Origin: a virus
IMG/VR virus record: IMGVR_UViG_3300032271_000867
Location: 24,413 to 88,412 of that record
DNA: 64,000 nucleotides
Reading direction: 5' to 3' (one strand)
Shown here: in pieces, positions 20,934 to 30,527 of the stretch
Numbering within the stretch: position 1 is the stretch's first letter
Layout of the letters: every line of letters begins with the position of its first letter
Translations under genes and position numbers: made by a program
The notes under the pieces: generated by a model
The model's input: the letters and a program-made list of their open reading frames with translations, nothing else
The model's database searches: none
What the model was told of the DNA's origin: nothing

Positions 20934-21705
20934 CCTCTCCTGTACAATCAGGACAGGTCACAGTTACTGAATCAAATAGTGGGCCAGGTGATCGTTTTGA
21001 TATTTCAAGTGTAATATTTTTTCTATCAACAATACCCATATTCTGCACTTGAAATTTTCCAAGTACTGGGGAATCATCAATCTGAATTACAGTTCTCTCT
21101 AAAAGAAGAGTGGTTAGTTCTGCGTATGTTTTATCTGCTTGAACTGCCATTTCTTTTTGAGTTTTGCCATTGGGCAATAAAACCTTATATTCTTTAGTTG
21201 TGCCTTTATAAGTAAAGCCACGATCATTAATTGGATCAACTAGCTCTTTAATATTGATATCTGTATCAATATCTACTTCTACTGTTTTAAATTCTTTACA
21301 TCCATTACAGTATGAAGGAATAGGAGCAGTATTACCAAATGTTGCTCTATAAATTCCCAGCATGAGAGCATCTCTGTCACCGGCAAGAAGTTCATCTAGA
21401 AGTTCTTCAGTAGCAGGAGTTTCTCCAATTTTTACTACTCCTCTGTTTAAAACAGTAGTAAAAACTTTACCCATATTATCGGCCTTAGAGATAAGTTCCT
21501 CATCTCTACCATTAAGTTCTCGAACTTCAGCTACTTTGATAACCTCCCCACTGGGTGTAATATACCCAGCAGGAAGGTTAACCAAAGTGTCATAAGGTTC
21601 TTTGATGTTTGCTTTTTCAATAGGTTGTTCTTCATTTAATACATTATCCAAGATGCTATTTGCAAGTGTTGGATTAGTAGTTGCTTTTACCGTATTATTT
21701 ACCAT
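20893..21705 (-). CDS. Tail/baseplate hub assembly chaperone (T4 gp26-like)
   Basis: VRELNGRDEE, LLAGDRDALML.IY.ATFG, two CxxC motifs; between tube and tape measure. Confidence 0.8.
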   Translation of the reverse strand: MVNNTVKATTNPTLANSILDNVLNEEQPIEKANIKEPYDTLVNLPAGYITPSGEVIKVAEVRELNGRDEELISKADNMGKVFTTVLNRGVVKIGETPATEELLDELLAGDRDALMLGIYRATFGNTAPIPSYCNGCKEFKTVEVDIDTDINIKELVDPINDRGFTYKGTTKEYKVLLPNGKTQKEMAVQADKTYAELTTLLLERTVIQIDDSPVLGKFQVQNMGIVDRKNITLEISKRSPGPLFDSVTVTCPDCTGEVVVPINLGALFQF

Positions 21706-21721
21706 TTATTATTCTTTCTAA

Positions 21722-22369
21722 TTAAAATGCTGCAGCCTGACCACCAGTTGCATAACTTGTACCTGACCAGTGAAGGTCAAACCCTTCGTGAACAAGAGTC
21801 ATCTGTTCAACAAAGATAGCGTTGTCACCAGCGTTTAGGTCTGAGTAAGCAAGAGAAGTAATCCAAGCATTGTAAACGTTAAAACGAAGAACTACAAAGT
21901 CACTAGTGTCCCCAGCAACACTTGGAATAATTCCTGTTCCTGTGGCACTTGCACCACTACCGGCAATTGGGTGAGCCAAAACTTGGATTTCAATATCGCA
22001 ACGGAAGTTGTCAGTAATTTTTCCAGTATTGGTGCCTTCTACCGTAGCGAATAGTTTTTTCATCCACTTCCAGTTTTGGTCGGTACCAAGAATTACACCA
22101 CGCTGTAAAGTTAGTGGAGCAAAAGTTGTTTGACCTGGAATCTGGTGAACAGTAGTGTTGTAACCACCTTCACGGTAAGGGATGCTGTCAGTAGTTACTG
22201 ACATACCTGATACTGAAGTAAACCCAAGAGTAGCTCCAGTATTTAGCCAATCAGATCCGCCACTTCCTGCAGTACCAGAAGAAGCTAGAGGCTTAAAGGT
22301 AACTAGGAACCTAAAGTTTCTTAATGGGTCAGTTTCTAGTGTTGAACGGTTATTAATAATAGTAGCCAT
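21722..22369 (-). CDS. Tail tube protein (T4 gp19-like)
   Basis: DPLRNFRFLV, GFTSVSGM, YREGG, LTLQRGV, NAW...YSDLNA..EQMTLVHEG. Confidence 0.93.
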   Translation of the reverse strand: MATIINNRSTLETDPLRNFRFLVTFKPLASSGTAGSGGSDWLNTGATLGFTSVSGMSVTTDSIPYREGGYNTTVHQIPGQTTFAPLTLQRGVILGTDQNWKWMKKLFATVEGTNTGKITDNFRCDIEIQVLAHPIAGSGASATGTGIIPSVAGDTSDFVVLRFNVYNAWITSLAYSDLNAGDNAIFVEQMTLVHEGFDLHWSGTSYATGGQAAAF

Positions 22370-22387
22370 TAGTCAAACTCTCCTTAA

Positions 22388-23929
22388 TTATTGTGAGACA
22401 AGCTGGTTGAGGTTAATAACAACAAACTCTGCAGGATACTCAAGAGCAACACCGACTTCGATGTGGACTTCACCACTTGCAATAGTTTGAGGAGTGTTGT
22501 TTTCAGCGTCAATCTTTACGTAAAAAGCGTCAGCAGGAGTAGCTCCAACTAGTCCACCTTGGTTACGATACTGATTTAGGAATACTGAAATAGAAGTACG
22601 AAGTCGTGACCATAGAACTGAGTCGTTGTTTTCAAACAAAGCTGAGTTACCAATGTCTTTAAGATTTTTCTTAATGTAGATCAAACTTCTACGCATTGAG
22701 ATGTAACGGTTAGCAGTACCATCCTGAAGAAGAGTACGTGCACCCATAACCACTACACCAGAACCAGGAATGCTACGAATAGCATTTACTGAAGAACCAT
22801 TAGTTCCTCCATTACCAGTGTTTAGGTTATCAAGATCAGTATTAGTAAACTGACGTTCAGTAGCTAATGCGCCCTTAATCTGGGTACGCAATCCTGCAGG
22901 AGATTTAAATGGACCATACTGCTTGTCATTAGCAATAAACAAACCAGCAATTGGACCAGCAGGACCAATCTTACGAAGGTTTCTGCTTAGTGGATCTTGA
23001 ATATAAATGTATGGGTAGTAAACTGCAGCTTGACTTGATTTGTAGTTAGTACTATTAGCATAAGTAATTGCATCTGACACTGACAAGTTAGCAGCAGTAT
23101 CAAGGACAACAAACACGTCTTTACCACTAGCCCAAGTAATCATGTTTAATTGAACAGCAGCAGGAATACTAGTAGTACTAAATGAATTAAATAGTTCTGG
23201 TGAAAATAGAACTAATGGTTGGTTGATAACTTCAAAATCAGATAGTGCAGTGTTATAGTCAGTAGCTGCAATTGCGCTTCCATCTAAACCACTTCCAGTA
23301 AATGGAAAAATAGTATTAAGAACAGGAGTTTTTCCTGGATTAGCAGTGCTTACTACTGTAATAAACCTAGAAGTACTGTTGATTACAGATTGAATATACG
23401 AAGGTGATGTAGGGTCAAAACTTACGTTGTAGTATTGCTCTACAATAACGTCATCTGAAGAACCGGCGGTAACTACTCCTGTAGTAATAGTATCTGCAAT
23501 GCCAGCTTCTTTAGTAAGTGTTACGTTATATTTACCTGCAATAGATCCAGTAGTAAAAGTAATTCTAAAATTAGTACCATCACTACCATAACTTAGTGAG
23601 TTAATAGTGGCCATTGTAACTGGGGTAGTATCAGTAGATGGAATTGTAATTGATGCTTGACCTGCACCTGAACCAAGTACTCGGCGCACGTAAAGGTCTC
23701 CACCACCATTTGCAAAGTACTGAGCTACACCAAAAGTTGCAGGGTATGATGGGTTGTATGAACCATACAAGTTAGTAAAGTCATACCATGAGTTAATTTT
23801 AGTTACTGTTAATGGGCCCTGAGCAAATTGAGCAATTACTGCACCAGTAGCATTAGCAGAAGATGTGTCCGCAATTGGAACACTAGAAAGAGTTTCATTA
23901 ATATAAACTCCCGGACGATTGTACGTCAT
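22388..23929 (-). CDS. Contractile tail sheath protein
   Basis: RPGVYINE, KSPAG, VMGARTL, YISMRR, FENND..LW, VALEYPAEFVVI. Confidence 0.95.
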   Translation of the reverse strand: MTYNRPGVYINETLSSVPIADTSSANATGAVIAQFAQGPLTVTKINSWYDFTNLYGSYNPSYPATFGVAQYFANGGGDLYVRRVLGSGAGQASITIPSTDTTPVTMATINSLSYGSDGTNFRITFTTGSIAGKYNVTLTKEAGIADTITTGVVTAGSSDDVIVEQYYNVSFDPTSPSYIQSVINSTSRFITVVSTANPGKTPVLNTIFPFTGSGLDGSAIAATDYNTALSDFEVINQPLVLFSPELFNSFSTTSIPAAVQLNMITWASGKDVFVVLDTAANLSVSDAITYANSTNYKSSQAAVYYPYIYIQDPLSRNLRKIGPAGPIAGLFIANDKQYGPFKSPAGLRTQIKGALATERQFTNTDLDNLNTGNGGTNGSSVNAIRSIPGSGVVVMGARTLLQDGTANRYISMRRSLIYIKKNLKDIGNSALFENNDSVLWSRLRTSISVFLNQYRNQGGLVGATPADAFYVKIDAENNTPQTIASGEVHIEVGVALEYPAEFVVINLNQLVSQ

Positions 23930-23970
23930 ATTTTCTCCTTAAATAGGTTTGTTATTCTGAAGGTTCCGTA

Positions 23971-24618
23971 TTATGCACTGAGGGTAAAAGAACCAATACT
24001 TGTGTATTTATTACTTACAAGTTGATCTAGTTTTACTTTATTTACTTTTTGAACAGCTATATAGGTTTCTACAGGAAGTTCGCTTGAAATTCTTACTGTA
24101 ATTGCATTTACAAATAAGCGCTTTGCCTGTTCTGTAATATCTCTTTTTGAGATAGCCATGACATCTAGTCTTCGCATAGTAGAAGTAACTAAAGTGTCTG
24201 AACCAGATACTGTAGTTTTTTCTACTACTTCTAGAGTGCCAAATCTAATTGGTAATTTATACCCCATTAATTGAGAAATAATTTCACGGTCATGTCTTGG
24301 ATGACGAGCGTATGAAGTTACTTGGTAATCAATAAATACTGGAATAGGTAGATGGTGGTTATAGTTTTGAGGAGATGCAAGGTTAGTGTATCCAGGAGCA
24401 GTTCCATAGCCACGCATCTCTCGTGTATTATCCCGTTGAATATCGATCATGTCGATTGTTATGTATGGATAATTTTGAGTTCTTAGTTCTTGGTCTGGTT
24501 GACCAAACCAAACACCTACTTGACGAGAAACTGAATCTGCATCTGATTTTTGATCAGTAACAATAATTCCTTGAAGTTGCTCACGAAGAGCTTTATCTTC
24601 TGACAATAAAAAAGTCAT
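23971..24618 (-). CDS. Putative tail completion/terminator protein
   Basis: Directly upstream of the sheath gene; YPYITID, YQVTSYARHPRHD. Confidence 0.6.
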   Translation of the reverse strand: MTFLLSEDKALREQLQGIIVTDQKSDADSVSRQVGVWFGQPDQELRTQNYPYITIDMIDIQRDNTREMRGYGTAPGYTNLASPQNYNHHLPIPVFIDYQVTSYARHPRHDREIISQLMGYKLPIRFGTLEVVEKTTVSGSDTLVTSTMRRLDVMAISKRDITEQAKRLFVNAITVRISSELPVETYIAVQKVNKVKLDQLVSNKYTSIGSFTLSA

Positions 24619-24917
24619 AAATGTCCTTTCATATGTCTAGAAATATTAGCTACAAAAACATTTCCTGCACTATGTGGGCTATTGTCATATTTACGAATAA
24701 CACCAGTAGGTTGAGATGTTTCGCTACCATACTCATGCTTAAATGCAGCAGAGCCATGCCTTGAAGGAACAGTGACTTTAAAGTCATCATTTACTGAAAT
24801 ATGCTGAACTACTTTTGGGTCCCAACCATGCAACAAAGCTTTGCCACGTAGATCATTAGTAATGAAATTTAACGTGTCATTGGTTGCGTGGTCTATGGCA
24901 TCAAGTAGTTTTTTCAC
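24615..24917 (-). CDS. Hypothetical neck-region protein
   Basis: 100-aa coupled ORF with HEYG motif. Confidence 0.55.
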   Translation of the reverse strand: MKKLLDAIDHATNDTLNFITNDLRGKALLHGWDPKVVQHISVNDDFKVTVPSRHGSAAFKHEYGSETSQPTGVIRKYDNSPHSAGNVFVANISRHMKGHL

Positions 24918-25129
24918 TGCGATTTCTTGCCTGTGTATGGGTTTACTTTTGCAAAATTGCTATTTACATATCCTGAGTTAATCATCGACATCATAATATT
25001 TTGTCTATTAGCAGGATTGTAAACTACTGCACCCTGAACAAAGTTTTGTTGTTCATTAAATAATAGGAACTCATTGGGTTTTTCCCACCAAGGTTTCCAG
25101 TCAGTATTTAGCATTTCGCAAATCCCCAT
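24914..25129 (-). CDS. Hypothetical protein (start may be 25114)
   Basis: ATGA-coupled to the downstream gene. Confidence 0.5.
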   Translation of the reverse strand: MGICEMLNTDWKPWWEKPNEFLLFNEQQNFVQGAVVYNPANRQNIMMSMINSGYVNSNFAKVNPYTGKKSQ

Positions 25130-25188
25130 TCGAGGCGGCAGTGTTTAGCAATAATGTAGGATCCGCACAGATGCCTACATCTATAGGG

Positions 25189-25216
25189 TAAAAGAAAAGG
25201 CAGCTAAAAGCTGCCT
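25189..25216 (-). terminator. Rho-independent terminator
   Basis: Minus strand AGGCAGCT-TTT-AGCTGCCT followed by TTTCTTTT. Confidence 0.75.
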
Positions 25217-25221
25217 AAACT

Positions 25222-25419
25222 TTACTTACCTTTTTTAACTTTTTTAGCTAATGCTTTGTCTTTCTTTATATCTTCAGATTTAGACATCTTTTTATTTTTG
25301 TCCATCTTGTCATCAGCTTTTTCAAACTTCTTTTTTTGAGCAGGGGTCATACCTTTTTCAAGTTTCTTATCTGCTTTTTCATCTGCCTTTGATCCAGGCC
25401 ATGGCTTTTTACTTGTCAT
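25222..25419 (-). CDS. Small Lys/Asp-rich protein
   Basis: 65 aa of KADKK-type repeats; coupled to the upstream ORF. Confidence 0.7.
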   Translation of the reverse strand: MTSKKPWPGSKADEKADKKLEKGMTPAQKKKFEKADDKMDKNKKMSKSEDIKKDKALAKKVKKGK

Positions 25420-25582
25420 TCTTTTTACCTTTATTCATTTTGGCTGCAGTAATAACATCGCCACGAGTAATTTTATTTTTGTCACCATACATCGCTGCAA
25501 GTTTTGCATTTTTTGGTGAAAGTTTTTTTGATCTAGACTTACACTCAGAACATTTGCCACATGTGCATTTTTTACTTGCCAT
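25409..25582 (-). CDS. Small basic protein with CxCxxCxxC (57 aa, not in track)
   Basis: MASKKCTCGKCSECKSRSKKLSPKNAKLAAMYGDKNKITRGDVITAAKMNKGKKNDK; AAGGAAG SD. Confidence 0.7.
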   Translation of the reverse strand: MASKKCTCGKCSECKSRSKKLSPKNAKLAAMYGDKNKITRGDVITAAKMNKGKKNDK

Positions 25583-25712
25583 TTTTACTTCCTTTTTTCT
25601 TTACTTTTTTAGGTAATGGTTTATTTTTGGGAGTATGTTCTTCCCATTTTGCAGCCATTTCTGGATCATTTGCATACATCCATTTACGTTGTTGTTTTGA
25701 TACAAAAGGCAT
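25572..25712 (-). CDS. Small basic protein (46 aa, not in track)
   Basis: MPFVSKQQRKWMYANDPEMAAKWEEHTPKNKPLPKKVKKKGSKNGK. Confidence 0.7.
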   Translation of the reverse strand: MPFVSKQQRKWMYANDPEMAAKWEEHTPKNKPLPKKVKKKGSKNGK

Positions 25713-25714
25713 TT

Positions 25715-26020
25715 TTACTTCTTTTTAGAATCAAGTCGTTTTGAAATAGCAGCTGCTTTTTTCCTAGCATCGGCTTTTGAGGAAGCTCCCCAAGCCTGTA
25801 ATGATAGTAGCAGACGAGTTGGCTCACCGTTGGGTTTACGCTCAGGACCTGGATTACCTGCCATACGAGCAAGAAATGAAGCACGGCGAGGGTTATCGCC
25901 AGATTTAACAGGTGGTTTTAGGTCATGACCTTGAGCCTTTGCAGAAGCACGACCTTTGGCATTTAGGCCACCTTTAGGATTCTTGCCTTCTTTACGCTCC
26001 CAAGCTGGAGTTTTAGCCAT
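25715..26020 (-). CDS. Conserved basic phage protein (DUF6321-like)
   Basis: AW.RKEGKNPKGGLNAKGRAS..LKPPVK...RRASFLARM..PTRL.LSL.AW signature. Confidence 0.75.
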   Translation of the reverse strand: MAKTPAWERKEGKNPKGGLNAKGRASAKAQGHDLKPPVKSGDNPRRASFLARMAGNPGPERKPNGEPTRLLLSLQAWGASSKADARKKAAAISKRLDSKKK

Positions 26021-26183
26021 TTTTCTTTTTCTTCTTTCTAGCAATTGCCATATTATCTACTAGATTAGGATAAGGACGACCGGCTGCTTGAGCACGTGCT
26101 TTAGCAGCAGATTCTTGTTTAGAAGTAAGATCTTTGTGTTTTTTCTTTGGGTTCTTTTTATCCCAAACTGGTTTATCTGCCAT
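26013..26183 (-). CDS. Small basic protein (56 aa, not in track)
   Basis: MADKPVWDKKNPKKKHKDLTSKQESAAKARAQAAGRPYPNLVDNMAIARKKKKKNG. Confidence 0.7.
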   Translation of the reverse strand: MADKPVWDKKNPKKKHKDLTSKQESAAKARAQAAGRPYPNLVDNMAIARKKKKKNG

Positions 26184-26412
26184 TATTTTTCTTTACTGGT
26201 TTAGGTGTTTCTATTTTTCTTTTTGATGGTTTTAAAGTTTTAGATTCAACATCTTTAGGTTTAAAACCGTCTCCCGTAATTCCATATTTATTATGAACAG
26301 TACGGGAGTTTTCTGGATTAGCACTTTTGTTTATTGTGCCAGAATGATATTCTTTAATTTTTTTACCAGCAGTTCCAGTACCTTTAATTTTTACTTTTTT
26401 ATGATTTTGCAT
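26173..26412 (-). CDS. Small Lys-rich protein
   Basis: 79 aa, AAGGA SD. Confidence 0.6.
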   Translation of the reverse strand: MQNHKKVKIKGTGTAGKKIKEYHSGTINKSANPENSRTVHNKYGITGDGFKPKDVESKTLKPSKRKIETPKPVKKNNGR

Positions 26413-26419
26413 TTTATCC

Positions 26420-26545
26420 TTACCAAGTAGACAAAGTAGTTCTTGCCCAAGTATTAGTTGCTACACATACATATAGAAACCCAGATACACCTGCTCGAAC
26501 TAGGCGTGGGTCTTTTTTACTTGCTGCTTTTTTCTTTTCAGTCAT
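26420..26545 (-). CDS. 41-aa chimeric mini-ORF, probable deletion fusion
   Basis: MTEKKKAASKKDPRLVRAGVSGF joined to LYVCVATNTWARTTLSTW; TAATG-coupled start. Confidence 0.55.
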   Translation of the reverse strand: MTEKKKAASKKDPRLVRAGVSGFLYVCVATNTWARTTLSTW

Positions 26546-27594
26546 TATGCGTTTCCTAACGTAGTTACTGTTCCTGATGAGCCTCGGTACTTGAGAGCAC
26601 CAGCCTCAACGAAAAGGATTCCTCCACCTGTTAAGTTAGCAGAAGGTGCTGTTCCATTTTGCATAAGAAGTCTATCTGCGTTTACATATTGGAAGTAGTC
26701 AACAGACCCTGTAGAACCACCAGTTCCTGATAGTGCTACTAGAGTTGAGTTTGGCTTATCGAACACGCAGTTAAATATTGAGTAAAAACCATTTAGTACA
26801 ACTGGGGCAACACCATTTAGTGTTGACGTCAAAAACTGGCAGTTTGCTAGTGTGATAATGCTAGAGGCAGCAGATGTAACGGCATTGGTAACGGTAGCAG
26901 CAACTACAGAGTCCACAAGGCTTAGTGTTCCAGCAGTTAGAACAGGGGCAACGGTGACAGCACTTTTTACAATTACATTGGCACTAGCGTTGTTGACGGT
27001 TATGAAGTTTGGGTTACCACCAAAGATAGCGACTAAACCAGACCCAGTGATGCTTGCAGCGTTAATGTCACATAGGCGAGCAACAACGTAAGTAGCATTG
27101 CTGGTTTTTGTAAAAGTTCCAGAGACCTCGCAGTTTAGGATGTTAACGTTTCCCGTACCAGTCGGCGTATTCACAGTTAAGTTTGTCATTTTTATGCCAG
27201 AAATAGTGCACCCAGTATTTGTGCTCAAAGTTCCATAAAGTACAATGTTTCCACCAATAAGACCAGGTCCAGTTATGGTCGTGTACTGAGTAGTTATTGA
27301 TGGGCTTTCAGTGTAACCTCCTGGGTGAACAATAATTGTTTTACGGCTTGAAGTAACTAAAGTCAACGCTTTAGTAATAGTAGCAACTGGCTTTAGAATG
27401 TCACCATTACCAGTAGTGTCATTTCCGTCTACTCCACTGACATGGATTTCTTGGTCATACCCGTTAAAGGTTGTTTGTTTTCCATTGACAGTTGTAGATA
27501 GGGCTGTAGTTGTCACATCTAAATAAGTTAACCAGTTATTTAAAGTTACATCCCAATTATTGTCGCCTTTAACGGGCAAATTTGGTGCAGTCAT
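26545..27594 (-). CDS. Virion fibre/spike protein with beta-helix-like region
   Basis: IHVSGVDGNDTTGNGD..KPVATITKA..IIVHPGGYTE; C-terminal GGGILFVEAGALKYRGSSGTVT. Confidence 0.65.
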   Translation of the reverse strand: MTAPNLPVKGDNNWDVTLNNWLTYLDVTTTALSTTVNGKQTTFNGYDQEIHVSGVDGNDTTGNGDILKPVATITKALTLVTSSRKTIIVHPGGYTESPSITTQYTTITGPGLIGGNIVLYGTLSTNTGCTISGIKMTNLTVNTPTGTGNVNILNCEVSGTFTKTSNATYVVARLCDINAASITGSGLVAIFGGNPNFITVNNASANVIVKSAVTVAPVLTAGTLSLVDSVVAATVTNAVTSAASSIITLANCQFLTSTLNGVAPVVLNGFYSIFNCVFDKPNSTLVALSGTGGSTGSVDYFQYVNADRLLMQNGTAPSANLTGGGILFVEAGALKYRGSSGTVTTLGNA

Positions 27595-28203
27595 TTAATC
27601 TCCGTAAGGTGTTGTGCCATAACCATTTAAGCCATAGCCATATTTGTCATTTCTAGGATCCCGCAATGCAGGACTAGCATATTTAGTAAATTGTGGATCA
27701 TTTACAAGTTCTTCTAGGTTTACCTGGTTGCAGTCAATAGTTACTACTGCATATCTAAGACCAAAAGCACCTCTAGGCAAAACTCTTGTAGGAGTAAAAA
27801 TTTCACCTTTATATAAAATTCTATCTTTAATATGCGAACTTGGATCGGCTAACATACTAGGAATTAATCGTTGTACATCACCAACATTTACAACTAGTCG
27901 TAGTGTATCTGTGGTATAAAAACCACGCTCATTCATAATGTTTGTTGATCGAATAAGTTGGGCCATCACCACAGGAAGTTTAAATGGCAAAACCCATCTA
28001 CGACCATTACCTTGTTCGTAGCTAGATACATCGTAAATTTCATCTACAATGTCCCTATATTTATCCTCTAGATAAGTTGTACTCCATTTAAACCAACTTA
28101 CATCAGTACCAACTGTAGCTCCAAGATCCTCGCCAATTCCTTCATAAATCGACTTAGCTTCATAATCAATATTAAATCTTCCTTGAAGTTTGGTACCACG
28201 CAT
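27595..28203 (-). CDS. Putative head-closure/neck protein
   Basis: 202-aa ORF in the structural operon; HIKDRILYKG.IF.P, VNLEELVNDPQF. Confidence 0.5.
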   Translation of the reverse strand: MRGTKLQGRFNIDYEAKSIYEGIGEDLGATVGTDVSWFKWSTTYLEDKYRDIVDEIYDVSSYEQGNGRRWVLPFKLPVVMAQLIRSTNIMNERGFYTTDTLRLVVNVGDVQRLIPSMLADPSSHIKDRILYKGEIFTPTRVLPRGAFGLRYAVVTIDCNQVNLEELVNDPQFTKYASPALRDPRNDKYGYGLNGYGTTPYGD

Positions 28204-29339
28204 TATTTAGCCTCTAAAATCTCAATACGTTTTAGAGCGTCCTGCAAAGCAGACACAAGGTAAGGAATAATTTTGCTTTGGTCTACCATTTGATAGTTAG
28301 GGTCACCATTTTCATTTACAGCGTCTTTATCTCCTGTAACTGCTTCTGGAACTACCGACTGTAGTTCGTGAGCAAGAAACCCATAAGAAAGTTCTTTAGA
28401 ATCACGCCAGTTAAACTCAACAGGATTCAACGCAAGGATTTGAGAAGAACCAGTTGTAAACTTTTTTACATTATTTTTTAATCGGTAGTCTGACAAGTTG
28501 CTAAACCCAGTTACAGGGTTACCACCGTTAGCGCTAACTGTAATAGCTCCACCGATACCGTACGAAGAACTAGAAAAAATCATTGCGTATCTAGCAGTAG
28601 CACTATTATTTGCAGTAGTAACAATTTCAATACCCGCATAATTAGAATTAGTGCCACTAGTTGCAGTTGCACTTGCTGGGATAGTTAAATATGCACTAGC
28701 CATTTTTGGACTGAGAGATAAGGTAAGTGTGTTTAAGTCAACGTAAGTAGCATACGTAGTACTACGTAAATAAGTAGTAGCAGCAATGTCTAAAGAGTTA
28801 AATGAAGCTAATCCCTGATAAGTCACTGCAGCTAAAATAGCATTACTTTGATCCACCCATGTAGTTAAATTAGTTGGTCCGCTACCTGTATACTTAAAAA
28901 TTACTGAAGGTTGACCAGAATTAGGATTTGTAAATGTTTTAGCATTTACAAATGTTTGGGTTCCTTCTAAGTATGCCACGGTACCACCAGTACCAAATGC
29001 CACTGAGGATGCATCAGTTCCACTAAAAGTTAATGTATTATTTAAAGTTAAAGCTTTGCCATCAATTCCATTAAATGTCAATGTATTATTTACAGTTAAA
29101 CTTTTTAAATTAGCAACAGTTAATGTAGAACCAGTTGCAGGGGCTGTAATCGTAACTTTGTTAAAAGTAGTAGTGTCACTTTTTAAAAAATAAGGCAAAC
29201 TTTGAAAAGCAGTTGAGTTATTACCCATTTTAATTTGGTTAAGAGTAGTATCATACCCAAATTCACCCGAACCAAGTACGACACCATTCCAGTTAGTAGT
29301 AGTATCTCGTCTTTGGTAAATACGGTGGTTGACTGTCAT
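28203..29339 (-). CDS. Tail fibre with C-terminal intramolecular chaperone (peptidase S74)
   Basis: SDYRLKNNV, LNPVEFNW, GFLAHELQSVVPEAVTG, YQMVDQSKIIPYLVSALQD; Mtd_N-like N-terminus. Confidence 0.9.
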   Translation of the reverse strand: MTVNHRIYQRRDTTTNWNGVVLGSGEFGYDTTLNQIKMGNNSTAFQSLPYFLKSDTTTFNKVTITAPATGSTLTVANLKSLTVNNTLTFNGIDGKALTLNNTLTFSGTDASSVAFGTGGTVAYLEGTQTFVNAKTFTNPNSGQPSVIFKYTGSGPTNLTTWVDQSNAILAAVTYQGLASFNSLDIAATTYLRSTTYATYVDLNTLTLSLSPKMASAYLTIPASATATSGTNSNYAGIEIVTTANNSATARYAMIFSSSSYGIGGAITVSANGGNPVTGFSNLSDYRLKNNVKKFTTGSSQILALNPVEFNWRDSKELSYGFLAHELQSVVPEAVTGDKDAVNENGDPNYQMVDQSKIIPYLVSALQDALKRIEILEAK

Positions 29340-29399
29340 TATGGCTCCTAGGATTATTTATCAACTTATAGTTTGCCTGATTTAGTTAAATTTTACAGG

Positions 29400-30527
29400 T
29401 TATGCAGTTAAGTAACTACCTGAAAGGTACATGTATCCTGCAGTAGTTAAAGTAACTGGATTTGTTCCAGTAAATGGATCATCATATACATAACTATTTG
29501 AACCATTAGTATTTTGAAAATGATATAAGTTTAAAGTGGTAGTTCCCGCAGCTGCATCTCCTGTTATGGCATAGTGAACACTTCCTTGATGCAGACCGCC
29601 ATCTCGAAAAACATAATCTCCATCAGGTGCCCAAGGAAGAGTTAAACGGTATTGTGCAGTACCAAAAGTATTTACAGTAGTAAATATAACTTTTATTTTA
29701 AAAAATACTAATTTACCAATTTTTACATAAGAACCTGTTGTAGGAGTTCCCGTATAACTAAGTCCTGTTCCTGACGAAGTAGACCATGTAGGAGTGTAAG
29801 AAGTAGGAGAGTTTACATTTGCTGCATCACCTGAGACAGAAAATGAAACGTTAATTGGAGAAGGAGCCCCATTAGCATCATTATATATATTTGGATTTGA
29901 AGCTATGTTTAAAGCAGCATCAGAAGCAACTAAAAATGTAACTGGAATTTCATAAACATTTGCACTATATCCGGGAGTCGGTGAAGATGGAGTATGTATA
30001 GTAGGTGCTCCAGTAATGGCTAATATAATCCAAAATTTTGGGTCAACTAAAGAAGTTATTTTTATATGACCTTTAATATTTGATGTAGAAGACGTTGCAT
30101 AATTTAAAATTTTTGTTACATCAACGATGCCTTCAACAGTTGATTGTTGAGGAAAATTATACAAAAAAGAACTGTAAGCATTTGCACTTACATAAACTTT
30201 TGAAACTGGAGTTAAATTAGTAAGAAAATCAGAAGGGTTGGGATTTATTCCCCAATCTCCATATAGAGAAAATGATCCATCAAGCATTCCCGCATCATAC
30301 GCATAAGGGCCACTTAATAAATCATTATAAGTTAATCCTTCTCCACCAAAAGCACCTTGCTCACCACTTTGGTATTTAAGCAAGTTCCAAGGAGTAACAC
30401 CATCGCCAATTTTAAATTTATTGGTATCAAGTTCAAATCCAGGTTCACCGGCATCAAGAATAGGATTTACTGAAATCCATTCCGTAGCTGTTCCTCTACG
30501 TAGTTGTATATCTGTTAATCTAGGCAT
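29400..30527 (-). CDS. Tail fibre with major-tropism-determinant N-terminal domain
   Basis: IQLRRGTATEW...NPILDAGEPGFELDTNKFKIGDGVTPWN.L; C-terminal YTPTW..GSYVKIGKLVF receptor-binding domain. Confidence 0.85.
   Translation of the reverse strand: MPRLTDIQLRRGTATEWISVNPILDAGEPGFELDTNKFKIGDGVTPWNLLKYQSGEQGAFGGEGLTYNDLLSGPYAYDAGMLDGSFSLYGDWGINPNPSDFLTNLTPVSKVYVSANAYSSFLYNFPQQSTVEGIVDVTKILNYATSSTSNIKGHIKITSLVDPKFWIILAITGAPTIHTPSSPTPGYSANVYEIPVTFLVASDAALNIASNPNIYNDANGAPSPINVSFSVSGDAANVNSPTSYTPTWSTSSGTGLSYTGTPTTGSYVKIGKLVFFKIKVIFTTVNTFGTAQYRLTLPWAPDGDYVFRDGGLHQGSVHYAITGDAAAGTTTLNLYHFQNTNGSNSYVYDDPFTGTNPVTLTTAGYMYLSGSYLTA

Noticed and set aside
25130-25182. Self-cleaving ribozyme (AAACACUGCC resembles a twister 5' strand)
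   Set aside because: I could not build the remaining twister, hammerhead or HDV pairings; only a simple leader hairpin AUGUAGG..CCUACAU is supported.
28203-30527. Diversity-generating retroelement suggested by Mtd_N-type fibre genes
   Set aside because: No reverse transcriptase and no template/variable repeat pair differing only at adenines seen in the window; Mtd_N is just an anchoring domain.
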